This document shows positions 26,066 to 41,200 of a stretch of 64,000 nt of DNA, piece by piece. This DNA is from Tubiluchus corallicola. Lineage: Eukaryota > Animalia > Priapulida. The notes under the pieces are model-generated. The model searched no databases. It was not told the DNA's origin and saw nothing but the letters and a program-made list of their open reading frames with translations. The first letter of the stretch is position 1. Every line of letters begins with the position of its first letter. The DNA lies in assembly GCA_030141605.1 (NCBI GenBank), contig JAQGDQ010000001.1, positions 2,728,001 to 2,792,000 of the forward strand, in the 5' to 3' direction. Position numbers and translations under genes: made by a program.

Positions 26066-27341
26066 GTAAGTGTAACGACGCTATCTGAATTAAATTTTTG
26101 ATGACAAGGCCCTCCAGATTCTCATTAAAGGTAGACTGATAAGCAGCAGCTCGTTTAAATGCACGTATAAAATTAGATCTGTGACTTTCACTCTAACTCA
26201 GTTTCTTGATGAATGTGGTTTGATAATTTTTGATTAACTATTGTAAGCATATTACACCTTTAGTTAATGATGGCTAATGTTTCTGAAAATCTCTTAAACT
26301 AATGACAAAATTCTATTTTGGTCGATAAATGGCTGTCACAATTTTTAGTAGTTTTTTAAAAAATCTGTAAAATATCCGTTAAAAGCTGTTAGAACACAAT
26401 TAAACCCTATGCTAAGCAACACTGACAAATAATGCAACCCCTCTCACGTGCCTAGCTTAGCGGGGTTAATATTGGACGTACATGGCTTGGTTGTTGCATG
26501 TAACCCCTATTTGCGAGGTATTTTGCTGATCCTGTTGGTGATGAACTGCACAGAGCTTTCCTTCACCGCAAATCTCTGTAAAATCTAATCCATTGCTTTA
26601 ACACCCAATTCTGCTTCCGAATTACTTTCTGTGTTATGATGGAACTATAATGAAAGCTCTCCCGGCAATGAAGCGGTTAATTTTTATCGCGTTCGTCCAA
26701 GTGCGAGAATTTTCAGGTTCGCTTGCGAATTCTCAATCGCTTGATGCACCACTTTTCTAGAGGTGCCTCTGCGCCGCGTTGACTTTATAAAATCCCAGCG
26801 AGCACGCGACTCTGTTGATCCTTTTCTACGCGTTCTTTGTAGGCTGGTCGGAGATAAATAGCGCACAATTAGGCGAGTTGGACAGAATGAACGAAACAAT
26901 AAAATAAACGACAGAGATCACGCACAGCTTTATCAGCGCTCATCAGTTCATGTGCATGTCTAACAGTCTCTTATTTGTTTTTTATTCTGGCTTTGAATAT
27001 AGATTCATATAGAATATACATTAAAATCACGGACTGTGTTCCGTGACTATTAAACAAATAGGCATGCTAGCGAATAACAGGGTATAGGCTAATGGTTTCA
27101 CCAGCACTCTAAAATAAAGTTCCGTGCGGACTGTAAGACTTGATAAGATGAAGGCTTCCGTCTTGCAGCACGGAAACCACGAGTTATTTTGTCACCATCA
27201 AAGTAGTCTTCTAATAGTTATGTACAAAACCCACTCAACCGAAAATGTAAAATGCCTTTAGTCACTTCACTTGTAGACTCCACTTCATGTAACATTTCAA
27301 TACAGATTACTATGTTTATATAACTGCTACTGCAAAACTTC

Positions 27342-27382
<41 letters not shown>

Positions 27383-28991
27383 TTATCGTTCGGTTTTGTT
27401 TACAGGCGGTTATGGCTATAGTTTGCCTTCAAGAAATCCATAAACAGGGGGCACAATAGCCAAAAATTTCGTCAAAAATTCTAAATGCTCAAAAATTGTT
27501 TAGGTGGTTCAACTAAGCTAAATTTATACGCTCATGAATAAGTAATGCGAATACATTATAATCGAGAAACAATATGATACGCAAGATTCAATTTTCTCTG
27601 CAAGCTCAGTTATTTGCAAGTGATTATAGATTAATGGTCGTGATTCGGTGCGTTCTCGTCCATAAACTTTGATTCCAAATCGGATTTCACCAAACTCTAT
27701 ATGCAGTAAAATTATTATGGGACGAATTTTATTTGATTTGGTCTTTGAAAGTTTCACGAAATGACTAGGGTTATTCTCTGATTTAGCGCTAAAATCACAA
27801 GTATTTATTAAATTTGGCGCTACATTTTGACGCGCGTGTGATCGTTAATTGGTTTAAACTGCGAATAAATATTAAAACAATGGCAAATGCGCGGAAAACT
27901 AACTTTATGAGAGACACAGTTACAGCGTCTACATATTGCTGAACACAGCCTGTCTGTTAATAACTGTAAATAAAAAGTATTTTAACTGGTTGATAGAATG
28001 ACTAAAGGAAAGTGTTTTATCATGTTAGTCACATGTATAGAAAACGTAAAAATTAAAAAAATGATATTATGAAAATAGATAAATAAATCTATTAGTAATA
28101 TAAATCTGAAAGTGAATGATTGTGCCAGTAGAATGTACACAACTCACACTTATAGAAATGCGATTAGCAAGTCTATACTTTGATAATCTTGAATAGTAAA
28201 TTTTTAAATAATATACAGCCTGTGAGCGATACTAAGGAATTTTTGAAAATTTTTAGCAGTTTATTTACATAGAATACACAAAAGTATTTTAGGAAATTTC
28301 GTTAGTGTTAGCTAACATAAAAAATAGCTAGTATAGCAGCATAAAAAAGTACGTGGAACAAAATTTTATTAACTGTATTTGAAATCGATGACTAAGATTA
28401 TAGGTGTACATTTCCGCTTAATAACCTTAAGTTAATAATATTGTTCTCTAGTGAATTATTTGGAACGAAGTCACAAAAACTGAAGCTCTAAAACATCGTT
28501 TAAATGCTTACCTTTCCGTAAATTTTTTTCCCAATAAACAAGGATCAATAAATACATTTTTTGGCTATTTTGTAAGGGACAGTCTTTAGGGCAGTGGACT
28601 ATTCACATGTTTCTGATATTATCCAGATGATCACAATGGTGCACAGCATAATACTAACAAAGTAAACTCTCAAATCTTACACGGGCACACATCGTATAGC
28701 CTTATCCCAATGCACAAATTTGAGCATTTTCAAGTGCTCATCTGAGCCTAAAATTCAACTGGTTCTAAAAAAAATTGCTCAAGGCCAATTTATAGGGAGA
28801 TTTTTTTGAATACTACATAGCATACAGTTCCAGAAAAAAACAAAAAGCATTTGTATTGCAATTAATTATCACGAGATTCTAGCCGTATTCCTATTAACCT
28901 AATAGCTGGACAAATACCAGACAGCCATAATACCAAAACCGATATGGTAGTACAATGCCTGAAGTATTCTCAAAATAATTTTCTATACTGA

Positions 28992-29168
28992 TATTAAGGC
29001 AAGTTAATGTCAAAAGATTTTAATAACAACCAGTACAGATGAATGCTACATCCATGTAATCCCTCGAATTGAGTAAAAACTTTGTTTGTGTTCTAATAAT
29101 GTTATTAAGGCAACTTATGTTAAAAGATTGCCATACGACCAATCTAGATGAATGCTATATATCCATGT
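28992..29168. repeat. Diverged ~66-bp direct repeat (28992-29057 and 29103-29168) in intron 3
   Basis: tattaaggcaa..atgt.aaaagatt..gatgaatgcta..atccatgt occurs twice. Confidence 0.75.
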
Positions 29169-31313
29169 GGCTTCATCAACAAACAATATGTATACCATCA
29201 GCTGTCGGCTTCGTCTGGAGACCTCGCGTGATTGCCGACAAACAGCCATACAGCTACTAAAACATTCTATACTCATTCAAACAGTTGTCCCCGATTTGTG
29301 TATCATTAGTGTGTACATAATGAATTAAATACAGAAGCATTGTATAGAGCCTGTGCACATGACATCTCATTCTCTGCAAGCCTTGAAAGCACCCATGCAG
29401 GTTTCAGCGCAGTTTCTACTATTAAGGAAGACGTTTTACCAGAAATAAGCTAAACAAAGCTCCATTTTACTCAAGTGTTCAATCTGAACTGACATAACGT
29501 ATTATGATCATCTGTTTAACACTAAAAATGAAGAAAGCTTCTGACATTAAAGGAACAAAGTGCTATTATTTCAAGAATAATTTTCCAACTGACGTTTGGT
29601 TCATCGACAAAAAACAACTTGACACACTTTAAACTGTTAATTAAAAGTACGTTCTTGAAAAATCTTATAATGTGAAACCACTTTATAAATACTATAAATT
29701 GTGATGGGATAATTACACAATTATTAAACTTCTGAAATCAGAACTGCAAGGAAGAAAATGTGAAAAAACTTCGGATTGATTCTGCCTTACGCGTGGATTA
29801 TTACAAGCTCAAAATTAACTGCAAAAAATAATCTGGCTATTAATCACATTGCTAGTGTACGTTACACTTGGAAATGGTAAATTGGATAATCCTAAGATCA
29901 GTTTTTAAATTTAAATTCTTTTTTACAAAGATATTTTCTGTCAAATTTCGAGAATTTAAAACTTAAATTGGTTTGCACAATTAATATTAAAATAAAAGTT
30001 ATAAATGTGAAAATACTTAAAGGAAAGGACAACTCACTTAACATGTAAGGTTTATTTTACTGTTATCATTTAAACTTAGAAAAATATTGAAAGAAATTTG
30101 CAAAAAATGTCTCTAAAGCATAAAGCTAATTTATGCAACCGCTGCGTAGAATTTTTCATGTATAGCAGGCATTCACGTGAAAGTTTGACGTTACCGGTGA
30201 ACTTTGTGACTTTTCGTAAGTGCCCCGTAACTTTTCTTAAGGTAGTGCTTCTTAAACTAATTCAAACTTCCGCAACTGGAGTTTATGCAAAAAAATCTCA
30301 AAAATCGCAATAATGGAAGAATGCTCGTTTAAAATGGGGAACGCCCAAGGGCGAAATGACCATGACTTTGAAATTATTTTACTTGTCCACTTTTATCATT
30401 AAATTCCTCTAACGTTTCCCGCGAACATCGAAATAAGCCTAACTTTTCAAATGGCTTGGCCTTTTTTCTAACCCCAGACAGTCTGCATTACGTGCCCTGC
30501 GCGCGCATATGAATATTTTCAATACACTGCACGTGTATATGAGGTTATATGAAGACGCTACACATTAGTGTAGACCAAAGCTCGGCACGTTTTTTCATAT
30601 TTTATCGATTAAGCTCTGTTACCAACAGGTTACCAATTTATATGGCTAGAAAGTTGGGTTTAGTTTGTTTTGCGATTGCTGTTATTTCTGCATGTAAGCA
30701 ATAATTTTTGTTCTTATATGAGGATATTCTGTGCTTATTTAGCATTAGAAATGCGTTAACCTCGGTGATTTACTGAAATATTTACCATTGCATTAAGTTC
30801 AATAGAACTGGTATGATACTTCTCCTCTATATATATTTGAATACAAACCTGTGAATTCGACACATTATGCACCTATGTTATTGTGAAACTATTGTAATTG
30901 TTCTAATAACCGCGTGTATAATCAGCTGTGTAAATCTCAGTAGGAACACAGATTGTGTTGCATGCACTAGATTTATAAACTCTGCGCGAGCAAAAATAAG
31001 TCTATGATAGATCACTGCTGCTTTACAATAAGTTCAACTAATAAACAACAACAGTTCACTGTTGGTACAGTTGCTAAACAGCGGTAGCAATAACGACAAC
31101 TGCAAATAATAATGTCGACAATGACAACGATGACAGCAACTATAGCTGTAGCAAGAAAGAAACAATAGCTGCGACATCAATTACAGTGCAGTGATACTAA
31201 AAAGAAAACAAAAAAATTCAGCTGGGAATTTAGTAAATCCGCAGTCAACAGATTAAGGTAAAACGCGGACTTTTTAGCGCAGATATAAAGCAAAAGTTTT
31301 ATGTCATCATCAT

Positions 31314-31316
<3 letters not shown>

Positions 31317-31397
<81 letters not shown>
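31317..31397. repeat. (TC)n microsatellite
   Basis: Direct reading. Confidence 0.95.
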
Positions 31398-31402
<5 letters not shown>

Positions 31403-32365
31403 TCTCTCTTTTTCTCGCTCCTCTTCTTATCCTTGTACGTTCATTTTTCATTAACTTGTTCTGTTACAAGTGCTATTTGTTGTTACAGAGTCAATTAAAG
31501 TACTGATACAACACGATATTCTTGGTGCATTATAGCAGAAAATTTCAGCGTAGAATATTTCAGGCTAAGTTCGAGCTGGCCCAAAGTTAACGATTTTACT
31601 TTATGTTACCAAACAAGAAGGCTGCTCATATAATTGTCATCCTGCTTGAAAAAAGAGCTGGCGAGCTATGTAGACGTATCTCCTAAAAAATCCGCAATAA
31701 TCTTCCACCTCCACCATTAATAAACGGAAAGCAGATACAGGCAGGTTTATTTCATGCCTACTATAGTAGAAACAATTTCCCAGGAATATTTGATTTGGTT
31801 TCTATGATCTTATTCTCATCCATCTGTCGAGTGCTGTGCGTGCTCACCACCTTTCCCTCAGGACTGGTCTACAATGTGTACGTGGCTTTCACAGATTACT
31901 ACCGAGGCCCTCAAATCTAATAATCGTCGTATATCTAGATTGTCGCGTGATTTTGCGAAAAATCAGGATTGCTTACATGCCCAAGTCAGATAGATCCATT
32001 TAGAAACAGTAACATTTGTTTTTGAAAACGAATTAGTTGATTTTGTACAAACTGGATGATTTATTTAAAATGAACGCATACAGAAACCACTTAGACACGA
32101 ATAAATAGTCACAGAAAAAATAAATATTTTTTGATCGGTCACAGGAAAACTCTCTGTAATATCATAGTCAATTAAACATAATTATAATATAAGTAATAAG
32201 TTGAGAAACGCATATATTGAGATAGAAAAACATCGTTTAGTACATCGTCAAAAGTAATCTATAGTTGCTGTAATAGCATTTTGTTTTTATTCGCAAATTT
32301 GTTTAATAGCAAAGTAAAAAATAAGTTTCTATTCTTTCTTTTTAATGTGTTCACTGTGTCTTTTT

Positions 32366-32497
32366 GATGGCGATGTTGATGATGATGATAATGATGATGA
32401 TGACGGCGACGACACTGATAACAATGACGACGAGTATGATAACGACAACGACGACAATGATGATGATGATGATGACGATGGTGGCAATGATGATGAT
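32366..32497. repeat. Degenerate (GAT/GAC)n microsatellite
   Basis: Direct reading. Confidence 0.85.
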
Positions 32498-33120
32498 AAA
32501 AGGAAGAAAAAGAAAAAAACTGACTACATATGGATGTAACTAGTAGAAAGATTACGTTTTATTGTAAAATCAAAATCTGTGGCTGCGAAATGCATCATGA
32601 AGCTGTGAAGTTCAATTCTGCTGCGACTGCATGACATTTGATTTGATTTCATATCATCTTTCTCACCAGAGAATGCAAATGCCATTTACTGGAATGACTG
32701 TAAAATTCCTTCTGGACTAGCATTTATAATAACGTTTTCGGTGAAAGTGTCCATTTCCACTATTAGTTTAGTTCTGAGAAGACAAGGGAGGACCTTAATT
32801 GCATCGTTTATCTGGCTGAAGGCACGTGGTTATACATATACATTGTTGTTAATGACCTTCAGTCAACCATTAAACCTACGTCCAATCTCAGTTTCAAGCA
32901 CACCCAGCGCCCAGCCCCCGCGAGAGTCGTCTCCTTACCTAATGATGTGATTTGGCGTTGCAGGGTTGATGTGATTGAGGTAGTCAATTCGCTTTCCATG
33001 GCACGAAGCTAAAAATTGTTGAGCACTTAATGCAGAAACAGTTTTTCCAGTGATCGCCCGTCCACCTACATCTGTCTATACGCATAGCTCTTGTTAGTTT
33101 ACAATTCACATGTTTTGTGA

Positions 33121-33777
<657 letters not shown>

Positions 33778-34872
33778 AAAAGAGTTTGTGGTTGCACGGA
33801 ACAGTGTTTAATATAACTCATTAATTGCATAATGGGCCTATAATCGGTGTAATGGCTCCTGAACACTAAGAGTTGCGTTTAATGAAATTTAAACACAGAA
33901 AGAAACTGCGAAAACGCCGGAATTAAATCTAACTTTTAACCAGGGATCTTTGCATAGCAACACAGGAACTATTTGTTTCAAGATCATGGGCGTGAAACGA
34001 AGGCTGACTTTGATTACAAGCCCAACATCTCTAATTTCAAGACCATAGATTGGTCCCTTTTCCACGAAATGTATTTGTCTGCATTAATTCCTTTATTAAT
34101 TTTTTTCACAAATCTAAAAATTATGAATTTATTTCGTACGGGATTAATCCATTTTATATGAGATTATAATAATGAAATTTATTTTGATCGTGTTGCTCTG
34201 CAATGATGACAAAGCATCCTAAGTGTTTTATTTAAAAAGTTATGATAATTATTAATTTTATTAACTTTTCGTTATTTACAGTTGTTGTGATTTAAGTCTT
34301 GACTTTGTCTTATAATTTGTCATTATTATTCGTACTATTATTCCATTATAATATATACTGTTCACTATTTTCCTTAATGAATATTGAAAATAATAGTGAC
34401 TTCAAACTAATACTTTTATAGTATCTGACGCCACATAAACTAAAGAAATCCTTAAAATGAAGCTCATTTCAGTGAATACCGTTCTGCTATGTTTCATTTA
34501 TTAACCATGCCAGGTGATGATTAAATATCGGTCTTCTTCTTCTTCAAAGCAAGCACGTGTTGCACAGCTTTTTTCCATCGTTAAATCTAATTTAAGGAAA
34601 AGAATGCATATATACTACATATTTCTAATACCATATTACTGTGTTCTTCACTCTTTTTGTCATACATTTTTATGCAATATGCGTTATCATTATAACTCTT
34701 TACGTATTTCGCTTACGTACTTATTCAGTTCTTGTGCAAGAATGGAGCAGATTTGCAGATTTTGTCAACAATTCTCGAAAGTTACAAAATTGTATGCCAT
34801 TATGCGTGCATTTCCGTAACAAATATGATTTATTTCAAATGTTAATTACGCGTCATTTATCACTGCAATTTA

Positions 34873-34878
34873 AATAAA
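34873..34878 (+). terminator. Candidate polyadenylation signal (AATAAA) for the Gfi gene
   Basis: First AATAAA I noticed after the stop, ~1.1 kb downstream in an AU-rich 3'UTR. ATTAAA at ~34994 is an alternative. Confidence 0.35.
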
Positions 34879-36451
34879 TCAGTTGTCTAAATGAAAGTTC
34901 TATTTAATAACGATGGTGGAGTATAACGTGTTTTATTCTTAGTAATATTATATAATTTTGTTTGCCGTGGCTTTGTTATTTAAACATTATATTATTAAAG
35001 TTTGCAGTTTCAAAATGCAGTCTTATGATTTTGTTTGCACACTTTAATTTTCATTCATTAAATTAAATATTGGCTGTTTTCCTAATTAACTGCTGTAAAA
35101 CAAGTACTTGTATACATAATTGTGTGTAACCGGCTTACACTATACACGTGTATCAGCTTACTAGCTAGCATACAAGTACTAGCTTACAAATATAATCCAC
35201 ATACAGAAATATTATATAATAGACCTGCAAGACCAATTCCAAACATACCTGTATGTATGTATCTTATTATGAGGAAGATCGTGAGGTCTGTAAAGGATAA
35301 AATCCTTCAAGAGCGGATTCCCATGGAGTTGCGTGGAACAACATTTTTTTTTTCAAAAAGACGTGGTGTTTCCATCATTAGCATTAAGCAAAGCAGCCAA
35401 AAAAGAAAATGTTCATATCAATAAACGATTAAATTAAATGAAACAAAATAAGCGAGTAAGCAAGGGTCATACTCATTTTACCGTACTCATTTTTGTAGGT
35501 CTATCAAAATATTTCACAAACACTCATTTGTTTTTGGCCATGAGAAAATATAATTAAGTGCCAAGTTTATGTAATCATTACCTGATTCCCATTTGAATTA
35601 TTAATGATATCTAACTTTAGATAAGTATATTTAACTTTTTTGTTTTGAAGCTAAATAACTTTGCTAAAGTAGAGTTGCTTACTTCCATATTGATTAAAGC
35701 AGAAATGTAGATAACTTATAATGCAGTCACAGCAAAGATCCGTGCTGCGCAAATCCTTGACGAAAAGCAAACCCGAACATTTGGCATCAATTCTAACATT
35801 TTGGCAACGATGATTTGCAAAGAGGCAATCCAGCAAATTCACATAACATACAACTTGAAAGATTTCTGAACGATTACATAACGATCAACAAGATCAAACG
35901 CATAATAGTAATCTAGAAATACAGCTCCCATAATATGTTTGCCAATTGTCCATCGCTGCAGTTCAAAAATGAATGTATGATTCCTTTACGCATCCTCATT
36001 GATCACATTAACAGACGCATAACGATATAATGGTACATTTTCAGTAGTATTTTCATGTCGTCCGGACGGAAACGTTTTCAAGACGGAATATTATATAGTT
36101 CTGTTATAGCTTCTAGATATGTACAGTTTTATATATATATATATATATAATTGTTATGAAGTTCAGAAACTAATTTTGTCCCACTAGTTTCAAAAACCAT
36201 ATTTTTCTTAGGCTGCCAAGCGGCTTGTGTGGGTAATCAGTATCAAATCGATGTGTGAAAAATCTATCTAGGCTTATTGATTAATTATAACGAAACCCAT
36301 ATTAATTATTCCGAATCTTAATATTAAGATTGATGATACAATTGAATTATTTGAATTTTAATGTCAGAGTTTGCTGAATTGATTGCTGAAATGCTGAATT
36401 GAATGGGCAAATATAAGCATGAATTTTTGTCTGTCACGATTGCAGGAGAAA

Positions 36452-36512
36452 TGTGACAGTCTAGCGGATAGGACGTCCATCAAGAACATTCCTGGTTCAA
36501 ATCCAGGCTCTT
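36452..36512 (+). pseudogene. tRNA-derived remnant (tRNA pseudogene or SINE head)
   Basis: A-box-like cagtctagcggataggacg and a perfect T-arm cctgg-ttcaaat-ccagg (B box GGTTCAAATCC) at 36491-36507. No intact anticodon arm or acceptor stem. Confidence 0.55.
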
Positions 36513-38204
36513 CAAACTTTTTCACATTTCCTGTTTTTTTAAGTTTGATTCAAAAAGTTCAATTAATTATGCTTTTATACCATCACCGGCACAGGTATAT
36601 TTACATTGCGCAATCACAATTAAAAGTTTTAATGCTTCAAGAACAAAGCAACATGACGAACTCAGTAACTCGTGTTTACTGACTACAAATCTGTAAGATT
36701 GAAGTCATCCAGCATGCAAAGTTAACACTACCATTATTTGTTCGTCCTGAACATTGATTCCCAAGCTACCCGTAGAAACAAATAATCAGAACAACCTTCC
36801 TGTTTCGCGTGTTGTCATTGCAAAAGAAAATTTGACAGATGTGAGAAAACAGTTATTACAATTATACTGCAGGGAAACAAAATCAAGTAAATACTTAAAG
36901 GAAAGGCCAAGAAATGTCAGGAAGTTGACCTTATTTAAATAGTTGAGAAAAACGTTAGAAAGTTTCAACAATAAAATTGTTATAAGCGCCTCATGTAATT
37001 AGTAGAATCAGTAGAATACCACGATCACTTCACGCTTAGTCCCGCTCATTTTTAACGAAAAGCGGACACTTATAGACCGGGAGTCCGAAGCTCAAAAAAT
37101 AGCTTTCGTTCGCTCAGTTTGGCAGATGACGGAGGGAACCTTGGTGCTTACTGCCTGGTTTGCAGTACTACCTTTCAGGTAGGCCTTGGGTGGTACGGGC
37201 CTATAATTGTCCAGCAAAAATGATGCGATGGTGGTGGTGGTTGTGGGTAGTGGTAGTGGTAGTGGAAGTGGTGGTGATGGTGGTAGTATGGTGATGCTGG
37301 TGGTAGTGACGATGATTCACTAACGACGGGAACGAGATTTCCGTTTTTACGAACTTAGCCTTTTTCTGTCCTAAAATTCTTCACCATTAAAAAAGTTTTC
37401 TGTTCGCCTAACTCCACGGGTTTAGTTTGGGCAACCACGATGACTTTAGTTTCCTAAAAATTTAGACTCTCGTGAAGTCGCAACTGTCGCTAATTTCTAT
37501 AGCGCTGAAACCTTATCCCCCTCGAAATCAATTACAATAAACCGAACAAGAAACTGTTGAAGATGCCGAAAGACTCTTTATAATCCAATAAAAATAAATG
37601 CTCGATAGGGAAATCTGAATTTGCTCTCTATTAAGTGATAAGCATCTCCAGATCGAGTTCTAATATGCCGTAAAACAAGCCTGATTAATAAAGAAAATGT
37701 GCAGAAAGACGAGCTTGAAAATGAGTTTTGGCGACATACAATCATTTAAGTGTTTAATGTTTCGTCATAGAGCTTTAGACAAACGGCTATGCATTAATTA
37801 AAGCATCTTCACCTGGCCTTATTTTTCACAAGCCTTCAGGTTTTCAAATTTTATTTATTTAGATCAAAAGTGTAGCAAACTTATTTCAATGTGTTGACGA
37901 AATAAAAGGAACATTGTGGCCACAGTAGTCACATTCTTTAGTTAACAGTAGCCAGTAGCCAAGGCTAGCACAGTCATTATTGTATTACAGTTTTTATTGT
38001 CATCGTTGTCACAGTTGCTGCTGTCATTTCAATGTACCTGTTTTCGATGTCGTTGTCATCGTCACTGCTATTTTCGTTCTAATTGTTGTTGTTGCTGCTG
38101 TAGCTGCTACTGAACTATTATAGAAAGCATGTTGGCTTTCTTTGGTTTTTCACTCACCTTCGTGATTTTCTTTTTGTGCGTTTCCATGTTAGATCAATAA
38201 GGGT

Positions 38205-38205
38205 G

Positions 38206-38241
<36 letters not shown>

Positions 38242-38242
38242 G

Positions 38243-38279
<37 letters not shown>

Positions 38280-38284
38280 AATCA
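38205..38284. repeat. (ATC)n microsatellite
   Basis: Direct reading. Confidence 0.95.
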
Positions 38285-41200
38285 TGACTTTTCACTCAGA
38301 ACAATTTTCAAATCCCAGAGAAGTTTGCTAAACTTTTCAAAATTACTTTGAATTTTTCGAAATGAAGGCCTATATACTTTCATATTTAATTTATGGACGT
38401 AATTCGTTCATATATAATTAATTGCTTGTTGAATGTAGTAACTGCTAAGTATTTTTACCCTACAAAATAATGTACGTTCAAAGATCAGCCGCAAGATATG
38501 CTGATTGTTGCATATTGTATAATCATTAACAGACTTGCATTTTTAATGATTTTTGTAAAAAAACATAATTAACCAATTTAAATTAAAATAATTAATATTG
38601 TTCCAACAAAACCAACTTCAACTAACATACTGCGCGACCATCGACTATTCATAACTAATCAAAATACGCAGGTTTCTGCAATCAGACTGTGCACAATCAA
38701 AATTATATTAATTCAGTTTTAAAACACACTCAGCTGGAATGAATTTGGTTAGGGGTTTAAACAATTAAGTGGAAGATTAATGATGAAGCGAGGAACAACA
38801 AAGCAAGCAGAATGTATGCAAATTGAAAACGGTTCACATTAGCGTGATTAGCTGCTCCTCCTAATGACTGCATCGTTTCCCATCAATGCGGGCTGTTTAA
38901 TTATTTTATTTGAATTCTCAGCTCATAATAATCAGCTGCATGTAGCTTGCGTGGAAAATGATGAAAAACAATAATGCCGGACAGATAATTATTCACACGA
39001 TGCCATAATATAAAACTGTCCAGATTTATTTGTTCTGGACAATACTTTAACATCTTAAATCTTCAATGTTAAACATCGTTGTTGTTACCTTACCTCATTG
39101 TTCTTTCTGATACAAAATCATTCGAAAATTTAACGATTTATTTAAAAGCCTTACCAAGTTTCGAAAAAACTTATTTCGTTCATACGCTCGCATCAGTTTT
39201 TAAAATTCAACATTTTTGCTAATAATTTTGAATCGAAGATAACTTCAGCTGAAGTTGCTACTCTCATAGCGCTGCGGGCACTCGCAAAATATCTAATATT
39301 AGTCATTCTCTGGAACGATGTTCATAAACGTGATTTACAGCCTGCCTTCTGAACAACAAGGGAAACAAGTATAATTTGTTTCAGTTTATTGCTATTGTGA
39401 TGCTATTTAATTTATGATTTTAGCCACTGGTTGCAAGCTCCTTGTGGTGTCTTCGGGCTTTGACAATCAGGACCGCGGGACGAGTTTTATTCAACTTCAT
39501 CTTGGATTCAATCAGATAGCAAGCAACGACATTCAAACATAACTTACTTACGACGTTCATTTACTGCTTGACATCAAAGGCTAATTTTAATACTTAGCTG
39601 AAGTATTTTTGCGCACACGCGTTTTATTATTACAATGTCCGAAAGACAGTCGCTGTTGGCATAAACGTACAGTTAATGGACGACGGATTAATTTAACTAA
39701 ATTGACCAAAACTTTTTTCACGGCTTTCGCCCTTCATAACAAAACAGCAGTCAATTGTTACAGCTATAATTTTGCAATTTACATGCACGCACTTCAAAAA
39801 TTAAGAAAATCATTACTCATACCAAATTATTCTATGAAAATAAAGCCAGTTTACTCTTTATTTAAGAAGTCAAAATATCAACACCGCTAATACTAAAGCT
39901 ACTTTACCGCCCTTTATCAATGCTACCCCGAATCCACCATCTTCGAATTCACAACCACGACATCATTAACAGCACTTTAATTAACACGTCGATTCTGTCA
40001 TTAGCGGCGTCGACACCTCTCTTTTTTCTTCTCTTTCTTTTTCTTCGTATTTTTTTTCGTCCTGTTCTGCTCTTTCTTCTCTCACCTGATACGCTTTAGC
40101 ACCATTGCAAAATGATTCTGTATTACATATTGTAATCTGTTGCCCAATACAAAGTTACCCAGTACTGTTGTATGAAAATTTCTACGGAGATAGATATACT
40201 TTTTACAAAGAAATAATTCATAAATCTTTTATGGAAAGGCCATTCGTTTGCTGTATTAAGTTTGCCTTTCTTGCTTCGCTATTTGTGTGAATCTCTGTGT
40301 TTCTTCCTTCGCCAATCACTTCCACACTGTGAACAGATTTCTCTTAACAGGACAATAAGTTAATGCTTTTAAGCCATCAGCGAGTGTTAGGAGCGAGAAT
40401 CAGCATTTTGCAATGACTAATTAAGACGATGCTGAATGCATAGCAACGATGACAGACACTAGTGATGGATGGTTCGCTGGGCGGGAGGATGCTGCCATAC
40501 AAGATCGCCACAGATGTCTAGCATGCGTGTCTTATTTCCTTGAATACTAGGGTTATTAAACTTATTATTGCACTTGTTATTTAAGTAACTATATATATAT
40601 ATATATAGTATCGTATAGTAATATAATAATTAAACATATTAAAAATATAATTATAAATATATATTATTATATGTTTATACACGCATATACATGCGTATAT
40701 ACATACAATAAAATAGCAGTTAAATAGCAGGCGTATAAAAGGTTGTGAAAGATTAATCAATGGAATAAACTCTTGAAATGTATCAAGAGATGAAAAATCA
40801 AGTGTAACAATAATAGTAACAAGAGTGAAAGTAAGATTATGAACAATTAATACTAAAAATCAAATTTATGTCGCAAAGCTGAAAATGGGCGAGAAGGTTG
40901 TGGTTTGGATCATTATTTTTTCGGAGGGTCCATTGTGGGTGTCCCATGCAGCGATTACTTTTGTTATAATCGTATTTCTAATGAAAGTTTACAGTTCTTC
41001 TTGTTTCTTACAAATTTTGGGAACAATATAGTATAGAAAAGGATTGAGTATAAGTCTCAGTTATTATTGATAAGGATGGTTCGCAAGAGTGTGTGTCAGA
41101 TTTTGTGAGATTATGATCAATGTTCGGTTCTCACCGTTGTAGCACTAATTTGCATAGTGCAATAGTTTGCAATAGTATTGCATCTTGTTCTTTTTATTTA

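Noticed and set aside
33778-35000. miR-9 site (ACCAAAG) as in Drosophila senseless
   Set aside because: I did not find one in this interval by eye.
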